Of a stretch of 64,000 bases of DNA, positions 29,192-38,394 are shown piece after piece. Both the position numbers and the translations under genes were made by a program. The notes beneath the pieces were generated by a model. It searched no databases, was not told where the DNA came from, and saw only the letters and a list, made by a program, of their open reading frames with translations. The stretch is from a virus. The stretch spans positions 8,744 to 72,743 of the IMG/VR virus record IMGVR_UViG_3300043449_001497, one strand, 5' to 3'. The first letter of the stretch is position 1. The number at the start of each line of letters is the position of its first letter.

Positions 29192-29718
29192 GCTCGACGC
29201 CTCCGAAGAAGGGGGATATGACAGCTAGCACAAGTGGGGAACTATGCCCTGCTGATGTCGCTTTGAAGAGGTTCCGCCTCTCACTGCGGCTCGGCCAGCT
29301 CTGCGGGTTCTGGAGTCGAGACGTCGAGGACGCCTTGACCCGGACTGCGGAGCTGGTCGCAGCGGGCTTCGATGTCCCTGGTCGCCTGGTCTACGAGTCG
29401 GTCGCCCTCCTCCGTGCGAACGGGGAGATGGGCGCGCTCCGCCTGGGCGGTCACCTGATGAAGGCAGTGCGCGAGCAGCTCGAGGTCCCTGTCGTCCTCC
29501 GCGAGTTCCCGGAGGAGATGACCCCGCGCCTGGGGAAGAACGTCCACCTCTGCGCCTACATCATCGAGCCGTTCGGCAAGCTCCGGTGCCGCAACCGCGG
29601 CACGTACAATGTGGCTGGCCGCCAGGGATGCTACTGCGACCTGCACGCTCGTCGCGTCATCAAGGCAGACTCCTGGAAGGCTGAGCTCAAGTCGAGGCGC
29701 GCGGCGAAGCGCAAGTAG
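29188..29718 (+). CDS. Hypothetical protein with C-terminal Cys/His cluster
   Basis: Coupled ORF; C...C...CDLH. Confidence 0.5.
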   Translation: MSSTPPKKGDMTASTSGELCPADVALKRFRLSLRLGQLCGFWSRDVEDALTRTAELVAAGFDVPGRLVYESVALLRANGEMGALRLGGHLMKAVREQLEVPVVLREFPEEMTPRLGKNVHLCAYIIEPFGKLRCRNRGTYNVAGRQGCYCDLHARRVIKADSWKAELKSRRAAKRK

Positions 29719-29750
29719 CGGAAGCGAGGGGCTGAGGTTACCGTCCTGGC

Positions 29751-30338
29751 ATGCCTCACGAAGACAAGCCTGTACAACCCGGCCCCTCGTTCAACGCAGT
29801 CCAGCTTCCCGGCATGGCGAAGACCGACCATGCCGTCGCCCCCTCGACACCGACGACGACCGTTGCTCCCGTCATCCGGGTGGAGGCGTCGACGGAGGCG
29901 GAGGTTGTGGCCATGCTGGCCGACTCGACCCGCTTCTCCAGCGACCCGGAGCTACGCATGGTCGCCGGACAGTTGCTGGCAGCGGGCTACACCGTGCGCG
30001 AGGTGTGCCGGAAGCTGAAGCTCCGGCCGCACGTCGTGTGGTCTTGGGCGGAAGACCCGAACGTGAAGACCGCCATCGAGAAGGGCAAGGACCTGCGCCG
30101 GAAGAGCCTGGGCCAGGAGCTCGAGCACGCGGCGGAGAACGCCCTGGCCACGCTGGTGGACCTCATGGGCGACGAGGCCACGACCCCGAAGGACAGGCTG
30201 AAGGCGGCGGAGTTGATCCTCGACCGCTGCGGCCTGGTCGACATCAAGCAGGTCGCCCCGGTCGAGACGGCCATCAAGGTCGACGTGGACTTTGACGAGC
30301 GGCTCGCGCGCATCGTCGCGGGCAGTCGGACGGGCTGA
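29751..30338 (+). CDS. HTH protein, possible terminase small subunit
   Basis: HTH followed by ALATLVDLM...DRLKAAELILDRCG, a TerS-like pattern. Confidence 0.5.
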   Translation: MPHEDKPVQPGPSFNAVQLPGMAKTDHAVAPSTPTTTVAPVIRVEASTEAEVVAMLADSTRFSSDPELRMVAGQLLAAGYTVREVCRKLKLRPHVVWSWAEDPNVKTAIEKGKDLRRKSLGQELEHAAENALATLVDLMGDEATTPKDRLKAAELILDRCGLVDIKQVAPVETAIKVDVDFDERLARIVAGSRTG

Positions 30339-30344
30339 ACGCAC

Positions 30345-30385
30345 GAAAGCCCCGGAGGGGGTTAGCCTCCGGGGCGGGGTGTTTC
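30345..30385. terminator. Hairpin terminator between convergent blocks
   Basis: gccccggagg/cctccggggc stem flanked by gaaa and gtttc. Confidence 0.7.
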
Positions 30386-30453
30386 GTGGAAGAGCGACCG
30401 ACGCTGCTTCACTTTGTGGCGGTCCTGTTGACCATCCTGGTGCTGCTCTACCT

Positions 30454-30795
30454 CTAGAGCTTGCGCTCGGCGTAGTAGCGGATGTCGCGGATGACCTGCT
30501 CGAGCTCGAGAACACGCCGCTCCAGGGTGCGGATGCGGTTCTGGTACTCGGTCTCCCGGCTGAACCGCTCGTTGTTCTCGGCGTCGAGCCTGTCAGCGCG
30601 AGCATGGGCCTCGGCCAGCAGCTTCGGCACGGACGGGTCACACTTGATCCAGCCCCGTGGGTTGGACGGCGGCGGCTCGCAGGTGGTCCGGCACTCGCAG
30701 ATGTAGCCCGCCTCGTGGTGGAGGCAGCCATCGGAGCCGTGCAGCATCCAGTTGTGTCCGCAGCGCTGGCATTCGGAGAAGGGGTCAGGGGTCAT
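30454..30795 (-). CDS. Cys/His-rich protein with coiled coil
   Basis: CQRCGH...C...CEC; RBS ggagg. Confidence 0.55.
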   Translation of the reverse strand: MTPDPFSECQRCGHNWMLHGSDGCLHHEAGYICECRTTCEPPPSNPRGWIKCDPSVPKLLAEAHARADRLDAENNERFSRETEYQNRIRTLERRVLELEQVIRDIRYYAERKL

Positions 30796-31043
30796 TGTTC
30801 CTCCAGGGTCCAGCCGCAGCGGTGGATGCCGCTCATGGCGAAGTCGCGCATGAACGTGTCTTCCCGGTCCAAGTCGAACGCGCGGATGAACCACTGCTCC
30901 CCGTCATGGAACTCGGAGACGCCGTACCAGATGGACAACGGCTGGATGCGACGCACGCGGCGTTCCCCGCGCCAGTTGGTGTAGTCGACCAGGAGCGGGA
31001 CAACCACCTCGGTCTTCTCGACCTTGTCTTCCTCAGGCTTCAT
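30792..31043 (-). CDS. Stand-alone WYL-like domain protein
   Basis: YTNWRGERRVRRIQP...WFIRAFDLDR...RDF. Confidence 0.65.
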   Translation of the reverse strand: MKPEEDKVEKTEVVVPLLVDYTNWRGERRVRRIQPLSIWYGVSEFHDGEQWFIRAFDLDREDTFMRDFAMSGIHRCGWTLEEQ

Positions 31044-31461
31044 CGAAGTCCTCGCAGTCGTCCCGGAGGGACCAGCTGAAGGACTGGAACTCGCGACTGT
31101 CGTTGTCGTCCAGCGCGGCGCGCAGCCAGTCAGTCGAGAGGTCGAGGAGCTCCACGCCAGCGGCGCGGTTGCCTTCCATGACCTTCTCCTCGAGGGCGAC
31201 GGCGCGGTCGGCTTCAGCCTGGGGGACCTTGACGTCCACGTCCATCGAGACGCGGACCCAGGTCGTCTCGACGTTCTTCCTGGTCGTGTCCCGCCGACGA
31301 CTGTCGATGAGGTCAGCGAGGGCACGGAGGGTGGAGGCGAGTGCCTCCCGGTCGTCCTTCCCGTGGCGGGTGACGAGTGCCCCGGAGATGCCAGGGACCG
31401 TGAGCGCGGCGACGGCGCGGTTATCGGTGAGGGTCAGGTCGATCTTGGCGTTTGCCTTCAT
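31033..31461 (-). CDS. Hypothetical protein
   Basis: RBS ggag; tiles with its neighbours. Confidence 0.55.
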   Translation of the reverse strand: MKANAKIDLTLTDNRAVAALTVPGISGALVTRHGKDDREALASTLRALADLIDSRRRDTTRKNVETTWVRVSMDVDVKVPQAEADRAVALEEKVMEGNRAAGVELLDLSTDWLRAALDDNDSREFQSFSWSLRDDCEDFDEA

Positions 31462-31566
31462 GGCTACTCCGGTGGAGAGAGGTGAGCCCACAGGCCAAGG
31501 AGGCCGGGGATGACGATGCACTTGACTGCCATCGCGCAGAGAAACATGGCGAAGCCTTCTTCCATG

Positions 31567-32019
31567 TCAGTCCCCGCTATCGTGGGAGTCGAGGCGTCCG
31601 CAGTCAGGGCACTGCGCGGTGCGGTAGGTCGAGGAGTGCTCGGTCCACTGCATGTTGCGGTGCTCGCAGCGAGACACGTCGACGCGCCGGAACAGTGCGT
31701 GGCAGGGGCCGGGAGGGTCCATGACACCGGGGCGCGGCGTGCGCGCCGCCCAGCCGCCAAGGTCGCTGGTCCAGTACAGGGTCCAGAAACCCATGTCCCC
31801 GTTACCCCGGTGCTCGATGAGCATGGGCAGCTTGCCCTGGACGTACGCCAGGTCGGCGAGCTTGCCCGGCTTCGAGTCAGGACCGACCAACTCCCACTGC
31901 TGCGGGAAGATGCCCTGGCGGTTGCGGGGCTTGTCCAGTCCAGGAGGGCGGGTGCGGTCGACGAGCGCGGCGTCCACGTTGTCGGCGGCGGACGCGACGT
32001 GAGGGATGTAGATGGCCAT
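31567..32019 (-). CDS. Hypothetical protein with C-terminal Zn ribbon
   Basis: CEH...CPDCG; RBS ggag. Confidence 0.55.
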   Translation of the reverse strand: MAIYIPHVASAADNVDAALVDRTRPPGLDKPRNRQGIFPQQWELVGPDSKPGKLADLAYVQGKLPMLIEHRGNGDMGFWTLYWTSDLGGWAARTPRPGVMDPPGPCHALFRRVDVSRCEHRNMQWTEHSSTYRTAQCPDCGRLDSHDSGD

Positions 32020-32020
32020 C

Positions 32021-32416
32021 TCAGGACTCCTTGATGTTGCGGGCGTCGTGACGGTCGAAGGCGGCGACGAACTCGGGCCAACGCTGGCTGCTGGGGTGGT
32101 AGCCCGTGTCGCAGCTATCGAGCTCCGACCACAGGTCCTGGGGGATGTCGGCGACCGCCAGCTCGATGCGACGGGCGAGGTCGCGAGCCTGGGCGGGCTT
32201 GCCGGAGTCGACACGCCACGCCTTGCCGCCGACCACGACGGCGACCACGACCTCACGGGCGTTGCCCGTGCCGCGGTGGAGCACGATGCGCCCCGACAGG
32301 TGAACCCAGCCGTTGAAGCTGGGCAGAGAGGTGAACGTCCACGCGGGGTAGACGAGCCGCCCACTGTACGCGAGCGAGGGGCGCGCGGACATGGGCGGGA
32401 GCTTGGTGTTGTACAT
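32021..32416 (-). CDS. Hypothetical protein
   Basis: RBS ggag; tiles with its neighbours. Confidence 0.5.
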   Translation of the reverse strand: MYNTKLPPMSARPSLAYSGRLVYPAWTFTSLPSFNGWVHLSGRIVLHRGTGNAREVVVAVVVGGKAWRVDSGKPAQARDLARRIELAVADIPQDLWSELDSCDTGYHPSSQRWPEFVAAFDRHDARNIKES

Positions 32417-32811
32417 CAGGACTCCAGGTTGAGGCGCGCTTCGTCGAGGGCTTCGTCGCCGTCGTCGAACCAGCCAAGGTGGACGTGAGGGAAGCGGGGC
32501 TTGCCGCGCTTGAACATCTCCGCCCGTGGGATGAAGTTGTTGGAGCCGACCAGGGTCAGGCCGCGCAGCTTGGCGGCCCAACGCTGGCGCGTCTCGAGGT
32601 CGACCCCTTCCTCGAACTCGAGGACGGTGTCGAGCTTGTCGACGTAGGTGAGGACCGGAGGGGTCTCGAACAGACCTCCCGTGTTCGTCAGGACGAGCTT
32701 CACGTCGGGCGTCACGATGACGCGCTCGACGATGCGCGAAGGACGCACCGTCTCGTCCAGGAGGCGCGCGTGTTCGGTGACGTCGCACGTCACCATGTAG
32801 TAGCTGTTCAT
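32416..32811 (-). CDS. Hypothetical protein
   Basis: RBS ggag; codon bias. Confidence 0.55.
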   Translation of the reverse strand: MNSYYMVTCDVTEHARLLDETVRPSRIVERVIVTPDVKLVLTNTGGLFETPPVLTYVDKLDTVLEFEEGVDLETRQRWAAKLRGLTLVGSNNFIPRAEMFKRGKPRFPHVHLGWFDDGDEALDEARLNLES

Positions 32812-32812
32812 G

Positions 32813-33118
32813 TCAGGACTCCCACGGCCAGCCGTCGCGGTCGACGGGCTCGAGGCCAGCGGCGCGGGCCTGCTCGCGCGCCTCGAACTCGTCCTCGGTG
32901 TGCGACGGACTGTCTTCCACGTCGGCGTCACCGACGGCTGCGAGGGCGATGCGCTCGGCCACGATGTCGGCCGCCTTGTCGAACGCAGCAGCGTGGCCGC
33001 GGACGAAGTCGACGCCGACGCCAGCGCCGGGGCCTGACGACCATTCGGTGGCGAGGCGGCGTTGGTCCTCGGCGATCTTGCGGAACAGGGTTTCGAGGAA
33101 GGTGAGGTCGTCGTTCAT
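32813..33118 (-). CDS. Acidic hypothetical protein
   Basis: RBS gagg; promoter-like TTGACT...TGGTAAGACT upstream (33145-33173). Confidence 0.6.
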   Translation of the reverse strand: MNDDLTFLETLFRKIAEDQRRLATEWSSGPGAGVGVDFVRGHAAAFDKAADIVAERIALAAVGDADVEDSPSHTEDEFEAREQARAAGLEPVDRDGWPWES

Positions 33119-33329
33119 GTTGTTGGTCCTCGGGGTGACGTGGCAGTCTTACCACGGTGGTTGACGGAGTCAAGGGCAGCCCGACGGATTGTCGGCAGCC
33201 TGCGAAGAGAGCGGTCCCGCTGCAACCCGGAGTGGGGAGAAGCATGAAGAAGAGCCACGCCAAGGAGCGGGACCGCCAAGGGAAAGGGGGCCAGCCCATT
33301 ATCCGGGGCTGGCGGCGGAGCGCGACCGT

Positions 33330-34763
33330 CTAGTTGACGGCGCGGCTGGCGAGGACCGGGAGCAGCGCACCAGCGGCACGCTCGACGCGCCAACGCTGGA
33401 TGTCGTCGAGCATGCCTTCGTGGGCAGCCCGCGTCACGGCGTTGAACACGTCGGCGAGCGTCTCGCCCTGCTCCGCATCGAAGCCGCGGAGGAGCGACTC
33501 GACCATGACGTCGCGAGCGATGTCGGCGTCAAGGTCACCCGACGAGACGAGCGCACGGAGCATGGCACGCGGGTCGGTGTACCGCTTGCCGCCGACCGTG
33601 ACCTTGTTGATGGGCGTCTCACGGAGCACGCTCCAGGAGTCCAGGAAGAACTTGGCCGCGTCGCCGGACTGCACGACGAGGGTCTGCACATCCTGGCGGA
33701 TGCGCTCGAGCCCCTGGGCGGTCAGGTCTTCCTTGCGGCTGCCCTTGTGGACACGCCGCATCGAGTCGCCGCCGAACGTGCCCGTCGTGCAGTTGATGCA
33801 GATGACACGGGTGAAGGACTGTCCGCCCATGTGCGAACCCAGCCCTGCGTCGTTCGTCTTTCCGGTGATACCTGACTCGAAGACGTCGCCAACCGACGGC
33901 CGGAAGGTTACAGGCGCATGCCACGACGCCCGAATGGTGACGTCGGTGGTCTCGCCGTTGTAGGCAATCGCTCCGCGGGGGTCCGGCAGACCCAAGCGGT
34001 CGAACGCCTCGACGTAGGTGCTCAACACCTTGTCGGCGTCCATCGGCATGTAGCTGGGGGACACGGCTGCGAACGCCTGCCACGTGCCGTTCAGCTGGCG
34101 GCACCGCAGCCGCAGGTTGCGCTCGTCGTCCCCGTAGAACTCATGCAGCCGGGAGAGCTGGGCGTTGACCACCTCAGCACGGTCGTCGGCGTGGAGCAGC
34201 GACAGGAACTGCCAAGCTCCGGGGAACGCCTTGGGGAAGCGGGAGACGAGGCCCTTGAGGGCGTTCGGCTCCAGCCACAGTGCGCCACTGCCACGGCTCA
34301 GGGTGCCGTCAGGCAGAAGGCGGAGAGCCTTCGCGTCGCCGACCTGCGCGTCGGTGCGCTGCTCTGCGCGGATGGTACGGACCACCTCGCGCGCGGCCTC
34401 GCGGAAGGAGGGGAGCTCGTCGTGCCGCTTGGCGAGCGAGCCGAACTTGGCCCGCCCTTCAGGCAGCATCTCCGTGCCCGCCGCGAACCAGGGAGGGGGA
34501 GCGGCGAAACCACGGGCAGCCAGGAATGCCTCGGCCGCCTTGATGCGACGCTCGGCTTCCGGGTCCATGTCCACCCCAGGACGAAGCTCGGGCTTCGCCA
34601 CGGGAGCGGGAGCGGTGTCGACGGGAACGAGCGAACCCGTGAACCCAGCGGCAGCGTACTGCCGCATGATGGACTCACGGTCGCCCTCGACAGGGTCCCC
34701 GTCGGTGCGCCGCCACAGAAGGCGAGCGGGGAGAGCGGGGGTGTTGTCGTTGTCGGTATTCAT
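33330..34763 (-). CDS. DUF932-like protein
   Basis: AVSPSY, RVICINC..G, RRVH and TLADVFNAVTRAAH. Confidence 0.65.
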   Translation of the reverse strand: MNTDNDNTPALPARLLWRRTDGDPVEGDRESIMRQYAAAGFTGSLVPVDTAPAPVAKPELRPGVDMDPEAERRIKAAEAFLAARGFAAPPPWFAAGTEMLPEGRAKFGSLAKRHDELPSFREAAREVVRTIRAEQRTDAQVGDAKALRLLPDGTLSRGSGALWLEPNALKGLVSRFPKAFPGAWQFLSLLHADDRAEVVNAQLSRLHEFYGDDERNLRLRCRQLNGTWQAFAAVSPSYMPMDADKVLSTYVEAFDRLGLPDPRGAIAYNGETTDVTIRASWHAPVTFRPSVGDVFESGITGKTNDAGLGSHMGGQSFTRVICINCTTGTFGGDSMRRVHKGSRKEDLTAQGLERIRQDVQTLVVQSGDAAKFFLDSWSVLRETPINKVTVGGKRYTDPRAMLRALVSSGDLDADIARDVMVESLLRGFDAEQGETLADVFNAVTRAAHEGMLDDIQRWRVERAAGALLPVLASRAVN

Positions 34764-34796
34764 GTCTTCCTCTCGATGTTGACGGGTGACTCGGTA

Positions 34797-34848
34797 CTAG
34801 ACCGACTCAGACGCACCGTCGTTGAACGATGCGCCTGCGGCGAGCTAG
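34797..34848. repeat. CTAG-bounded intergenic palindrome, copy 1
   Basis: CTAG-acCG-ACTCAG-ACGC...GCGC-CTGCGG-CGag-CTAG. Confidence 0.8.
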
Positions 34849-35105
34849 CGTTGGTTGAGGTTGGCCTCGTCGAGCTCGAAGGCTCGAACGAGGGCGGCGG
34901 CTACAAGGTCCGCCTGCAAGTTGCGGAGGTCTGCTGCCTGCGTGTCGCGGGAGCTGAAGTAGACAGCCTGCCCGTCCATGACGACGGTGTGGAAGTCCAC
35001 GTCGAGGGCTTCCAGCGCACGCCACACGGCAGTCCGCTGGATGTGCGTGAGGTTGTCGAACACGATCACGGTGTCGCCCGTGGGACCAGGAATGACTGCG
35101 GACAT
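34845..35105 (-). CDS. Hypothetical protein
   Basis: RBS gagg. Confidence 0.55.
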   Translation of the reverse strand: MSAVIPGPTGDTVIVFDNLTHIQRTAVWRALEALDVDFHTVVMDGQAVYFSSRDTQAADLRNLQADLVAAALVRAFELDEANLNQR

Positions 35106-35115
35106 GGTGTGCCTC

Positions 35116-35418
35116 TCAGTAGATGGTGATGCGGGCGTCCCGCAGCTTGAACCGGACGGGCTCACCCTTGAAGTCGGTGACCCAGCTTTCCTCTTCGTAG
35201 CGGTGGCCCGTGACGTAGACCGGGAAGTCGTTGTACGGGTCGTCGGGGCACTCGAAGCCAGCGATGATGGCGTCCCCGGTGAAGTCGACGCTCTCGACGT
35301 GGACGGTCCACCCGACGAGCCGGGAGAGCGTCGCACGCACGGTGTCGAGGTCGGGCCCGTCGACGGCGAACCCAAGGTTGAACCCGAACCAGCGGGCGGG
35401 CGCGGTGTTGTCGGTCAT
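35116..35418 (-). CDS. Hypothetical protein
   Basis: ggaggcaagcATG start. Confidence 0.6.
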   Translation of the reverse strand: MTDNTAPARWFGFNLGFAVDGPDLDTVRATLSRLVGWTVHVESVDFTGDAIIAGFECPDDPYNDFPVYVTGHRYEEESWVTDFKGEPVRFKLRDARITIY

Positions 35419-35633
35419 GCTTGCCTCCTAGCTGGCTGGCTGCCAGCCATGTTGATGTAGTCTGAGGTTGACACGGTGTCAAGACCCTGCGCGTCGAGGT
35501 TCCGGGCAGCCTGGTACATGATGGCTGCGTGCGGGTTCCCCAACAGGTCGACGACGAGGACGAAGTCCACGTCGCGGATGGTCATGCCCCGGCACTGCTC
35601 GAAGATGCGTTCCAGCGCGTCCTCGTAGGTCAT
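35415..35633 (-). CDS. Hypothetical protein
   Basis: ATGA-coupled. Confidence 0.45.
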   Translation of the reverse strand: MTYEDALERIFEQCRGMTIRDVDFVLVVDLLGNPHAAIMYQAARNLDAQGLDTVSTSDYINMAGSQPARRQA

Positions 35634-35914
35634 GCCACACCCCCACGCATCACTGCGACGAGGTCGAGGGTCGCGGGGTCCGCTGCCAGCGCGGCGAGCC
35701 GCTTGGCGTTGAACCGGGTCGCCTTCTCGAGGCTCTTCCACTCTGCTGCCCCCAAGGGGTAGCCTCGCACGCCGCCGCCAAGGTCGCGGTACGGGGCCAC
35801 GAACACCGCGTACACACCGTGACGGTAGGTCAGGTAGGCGTGGACGTGAGTCGTGTCGTGCTGGTCGTTGACCTGCTCTTCGTCGAGCAGGTTGATGGAT
35901 CGATTGTCGTTCAT
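35630..35914 (-). CDS. Hypothetical protein
   Basis: ggaggcaagtATG start. Confidence 0.6.
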   Translation of the reverse strand: MNDNRSINLLDEEQVNDQHDTTHVHAYLTYRHGVYAVFVAPYRDLGGGVRGYPLGAAEWKSLEKATRFNAKRLAALAADPATLDLVAVMRGGVA

Positions 35915-35930
35915 ACTTGCCTCCTTCGGT

Positions 35931-35989
35931 CTAGACCGACTCTGATGCCGCGAGAGAGGCTGTCCCTCGCGGCACCAGCGGCGAACTAG
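35931..35989. repeat. CTAG-bounded intergenic palindrome, copy 2 (59 bp)
   Basis: CTAG-acCG-ACTCTG-ATGC...GCAC-CAGCGG-CGaa-CTAG. Confidence 0.8.
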
Positions 35990-36189
35990 CCCAGCACGTC
36001 GCGGAGGATGGGGTCTTCCTCCGCGCGGCGGTTGCTCTCAGTGTCGAGGTCGCGGGCTGCCTGAAGCAACCGCGCGAGGTTCCCATCCATGCCCGCCTCG
36101 TCGGCGAGGTCGGGGTCCACCTTGTGGAAGGTGGAGTAGCTGGCGGCGCGCTCCACGATGCGCCCCAGCGTCTTCAGGTGTCGGCTCAT
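35986..36189 (-). CDS. Hypothetical protein
   Basis: RBS ggagg. Confidence 0.55.
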   Translation of the reverse strand: MSRHLKTLGRIVERAASYSTFHKVDPDLADEAGMDGNLARLLQAARDLDTESNRRAEEDPILRDVLG

Positions 36190-36557
36190 GCTGCACCTCC
36201 CGGAAGGGCGGCGACAATCGCACGAACCGCGGCGACGACTACGGGGACGTCGTCGTGAACGTCGGCACGAAGCTCGCCTAGGCTCACGGCGTGGAGCGGG
36301 TCGAACCACAGTCGGCGCTCCCCGTTGTAGGGGTCCAGCTCCAGCTTGCGGTCGAGGACGAGGTCCACGACTACGGGACTCTCGTCGAGCTCTGCGCCGG
36401 ACCCACGGGGCCACACGCGAAGCTCCCAGCCCTCGTCCCCGTAGACGGAGACGACGCCGTCGGAGTCGTCGCTTGCGTCGATGCCCGCTGCGTTGAGGGC
36501 GTGGGCGATGACCTCACCCGCTGCCAAGATGGCGGCGTCCAAGTCTTCCGCGCTCAC
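36186..36557 (-). CDS. Hypothetical protein
   Basis: GTGA-coupled. Confidence 0.55.
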   Translation of the reverse strand: MSAEDLDAAILAAGEVIAHALNAAGIDASDDSDGVVSVYGDEGWELRVWPRGSGAELDESPVVVDLVLDRKLELDPYNGERRLWFDPLHAVSLGELRADVHDDVPVVVAAVRAIVAALPGGAA

Positions 36558-36697
36558 GGGGTCACCCCCACCAGCGTCCAATCGAGAGCCAGGAGGAAGA
36601 GACCCCCCGCCACGATGAACACCCAGGCTACCACCTCGACGAGAGGCCAATCGATGGGGGACGGCCGCCCCATCCGGGTTACTCTGTACTTTGCCAT
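36554..36697 (-). CDS. Small membrane protein (47 aa)
   Basis: RBS ggagg; TM segment VVAWVFIVAGGLFLLAL. Confidence 0.5.
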   Translation of the reverse strand: MAKYRVTRMGRPSPIDWPLVEVVAWVFIVAGGLFLLALDWTLVGVTP

Positions 36698-36721
36698 GTT
36701 GTCCTCCGGGTTGTTGATGTT

Positions 36722-36780
36722 CTAGGTCGACTCAGATGCAGCGAGAGGTGTTGCCCCTCGCTGCACCTGCGGCGGTCTAG
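36722..36780. repeat. CTAG-bounded intergenic palindrome, copy 3 (59 bp)
   Basis: CTAG-gtCG-ACTCAG-ATGC...GCAC-CTGCGG-CGgt-CTAG. Confidence 0.8.
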
Positions 36781-37082
36781 TACAGTCCAGCCTCTGCCAG
36801 CTTGGCAGCCAGCTTCTCGAGCCGCTCCATGGTGCGGACCGGGATGGGCCGCTCCCAAGGGTCGCTAAACGTGCCCTCGTTCAGGGCGAGCGTGAGGCTC
36901 GCGCTGAAGCAGTGCACCTCGCTTCCGTCGCGCAGGTCTGCGCTCACGAACCAATCCTGTCGCCAGCCGGGCTGGCCCTCAGGACCCACGTCTCGACCGT
37001 CGGGCAGGGGCCCGTCGGGCTCGACGTTGTACACCCCGATGCGATGCACCTTGACCAGCGGGTGCGGATGCTCGCCCGTCAT
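36777..37082 (-). CDS. Hypothetical protein
   Basis: Coupled ORF. Confidence 0.55.
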   Translation of the reverse strand: MTGEHPHPLVKVHRIGVYNVEPDGPLPDGRDVGPEGQPGWRQDWFVSADLRDGSEVHCFSASLTLALNEGTFSDPWERPIPVRTMERLEKLAAKLAEAGLY

Positions 37083-37315
37083 GCGACCACCACGACGGAC
37101 TCGCCGTCCACGGTGTAGTCGCCCGCCGCCAGCTTCCTCACTGCCTTCTCAGGCAGCGAGGGAAACATGGCGAGGATGAAGTGCCGCTTCGCTCCAAGGT
37201 CGGAGCGCGCGCCCTTCACGTCACTGCGGCGCAGATGCCGGACCCAACTGACCACACCCGGAGTGTAAACCATCGGGTTGCTGGCCAGCGTGTAGGTCGT
37301 CTTCTCGCTCTTCAT
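37079..37315 (-). CDS. Hypothetical protein
   Basis: RBS gagg. Confidence 0.55.
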   Translation of the reverse strand: MKSEKTTYTLASNPMVYTPGVVSWVRHLRRSDVKGARSDLGAKRHFILAMFPSLPEKAVRKLAAGDYTVDGESVVVVA

Positions 37316-37322
37316 GTGAACC

Positions 37323-37544
37323 TCAGTCGTTGAAGGTGGTGAGCTTGGCGGCGCGCTCTTCAGCTTCCGCCACCTGTGCGGACGTGAGCGTCTCCCGGAT
37401 GTCGCATGCGAGCATCCCGAAGCAGCACCACTCCTCGATGCTCTCGAACTGCTTCTCCGCGCAGATGTTCGCGGTGAGCACCTCCTGAGCGATGCGGACG
37501 AGCCGCTCGTACAGGTCACGGTTCACGGTGATTGTGTCTTCCAT
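37323..37544 (-). CDS. Hypothetical protein
   Basis: ggaggacaagcATG start. Confidence 0.55.
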   Translation of the reverse strand: MEDTITVNRDLYERLVRIAQEVLTANICAEKQFESIEEWCCFGMLACDIRETLTSAQVAEAEERAAKLTTFND

Positions 37545-37682
37545 GCTTGTCCTCCAGCGGGGCAGCGTTCCGTTCGCCCCTGTGCCCATCCATGCAGGAC
37601 ACGACGTCCCAAGCGCGCTGCGCGCCGGGATGGGGGCCACTCAGGGCTGGCCGCTTCACCCAGGGGGAGACGGCTCCCCCGT

Positions 37683-38285
37683 TCACTCGTCGTGCGCCGC
37701 CTTGAGAATGCCGCGCACCCTGTCCACGACCTCGCTCAGGGGGAGGTCGAGGGCCAACTCGTCGACGTACTCGTACGCTCCGCCATCGTACCGCAGGGTC
37801 ACGATGTCAGCGGTGAGCGCGTTGCGCTCGTCGAGGTCGATGCTCACCCGCAGTTCGCAGGTCTCGAACCCCCACAGGACGCGCACCCGACCGTCACCGT
37901 AGTGCGTGCAGGGGATGCCCGCACGCTGCATCTCCACGGCCAGCGTGGCACCCGCACTGTGACAGAGCACGTCGTGCTTCTCCGCCTCGCTGATGGCCTC
38001 ACGGAGGGCCGCGGCGGGCTCGAGTTCCGGGATGGGGAACTCACGCAGGTAGCGGGCGAGGAACACCTCGACCTCTTCCATCCAATCGTGCGTCTCGCCC
38101 CACTCGACGTCGGCGTACACCCGCTGGAAGGCGAGCGTGCACCCGACCACGTAGTCGGCGAACTCCACGACCGGGAGGTCGACGCCCGATGCGCTCAGCA
38201 TCCCCCACAGTTCGCGGGAGAACGCCGCCGCCGTCGCGCCATCCACGGGACGCACCCACGCCGGGGTGATGTCGTTCGTCTTCAT
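37683..38285 (-). CDS. Hypothetical protein
   Basis: ggaggcaagcATG start. Confidence 0.6.
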   Translation of the reverse strand: MKTNDITPAWVRPVDGATAAAFSRELWGMLSASGVDLPVVEFADYVVGCTLAFQRVYADVEWGETHDWMEEVEVFLARYLREFPIPELEPAAALREAISEAEKHDVLCHSAGATLAVEMQRAGIPCTHYGDGRVRVLWGFETCELRVSIDLDERNALTADIVTLRYDGGAYEYVDELALDLPLSEVVDRVRGILKAAHDE

Positions 38286-38364
38286 GCTTGCCTCCGTGGC
38301 AGACTCTGAGCGCTCGCCGCCGGGCCTGCCAGCCGGACGGCACGCCGCACCACCGGGGTACAGG

Positions 38365-38394
38365 ATTGTACCACCGTGGCACGCAATGAAGCAA
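38365..38394 (-). promoter_or_regulatory. Sigma70-type promoter
   Basis: TTGCTT-18-TACAAT with a TG extension. Confidence 0.55.

Noticed and set aside
34797-36780. Classical integron attC sites
   Set aside because: No RYYYAAC/GTTRRRY cores and no IntI in the window; kept only as an analogy.
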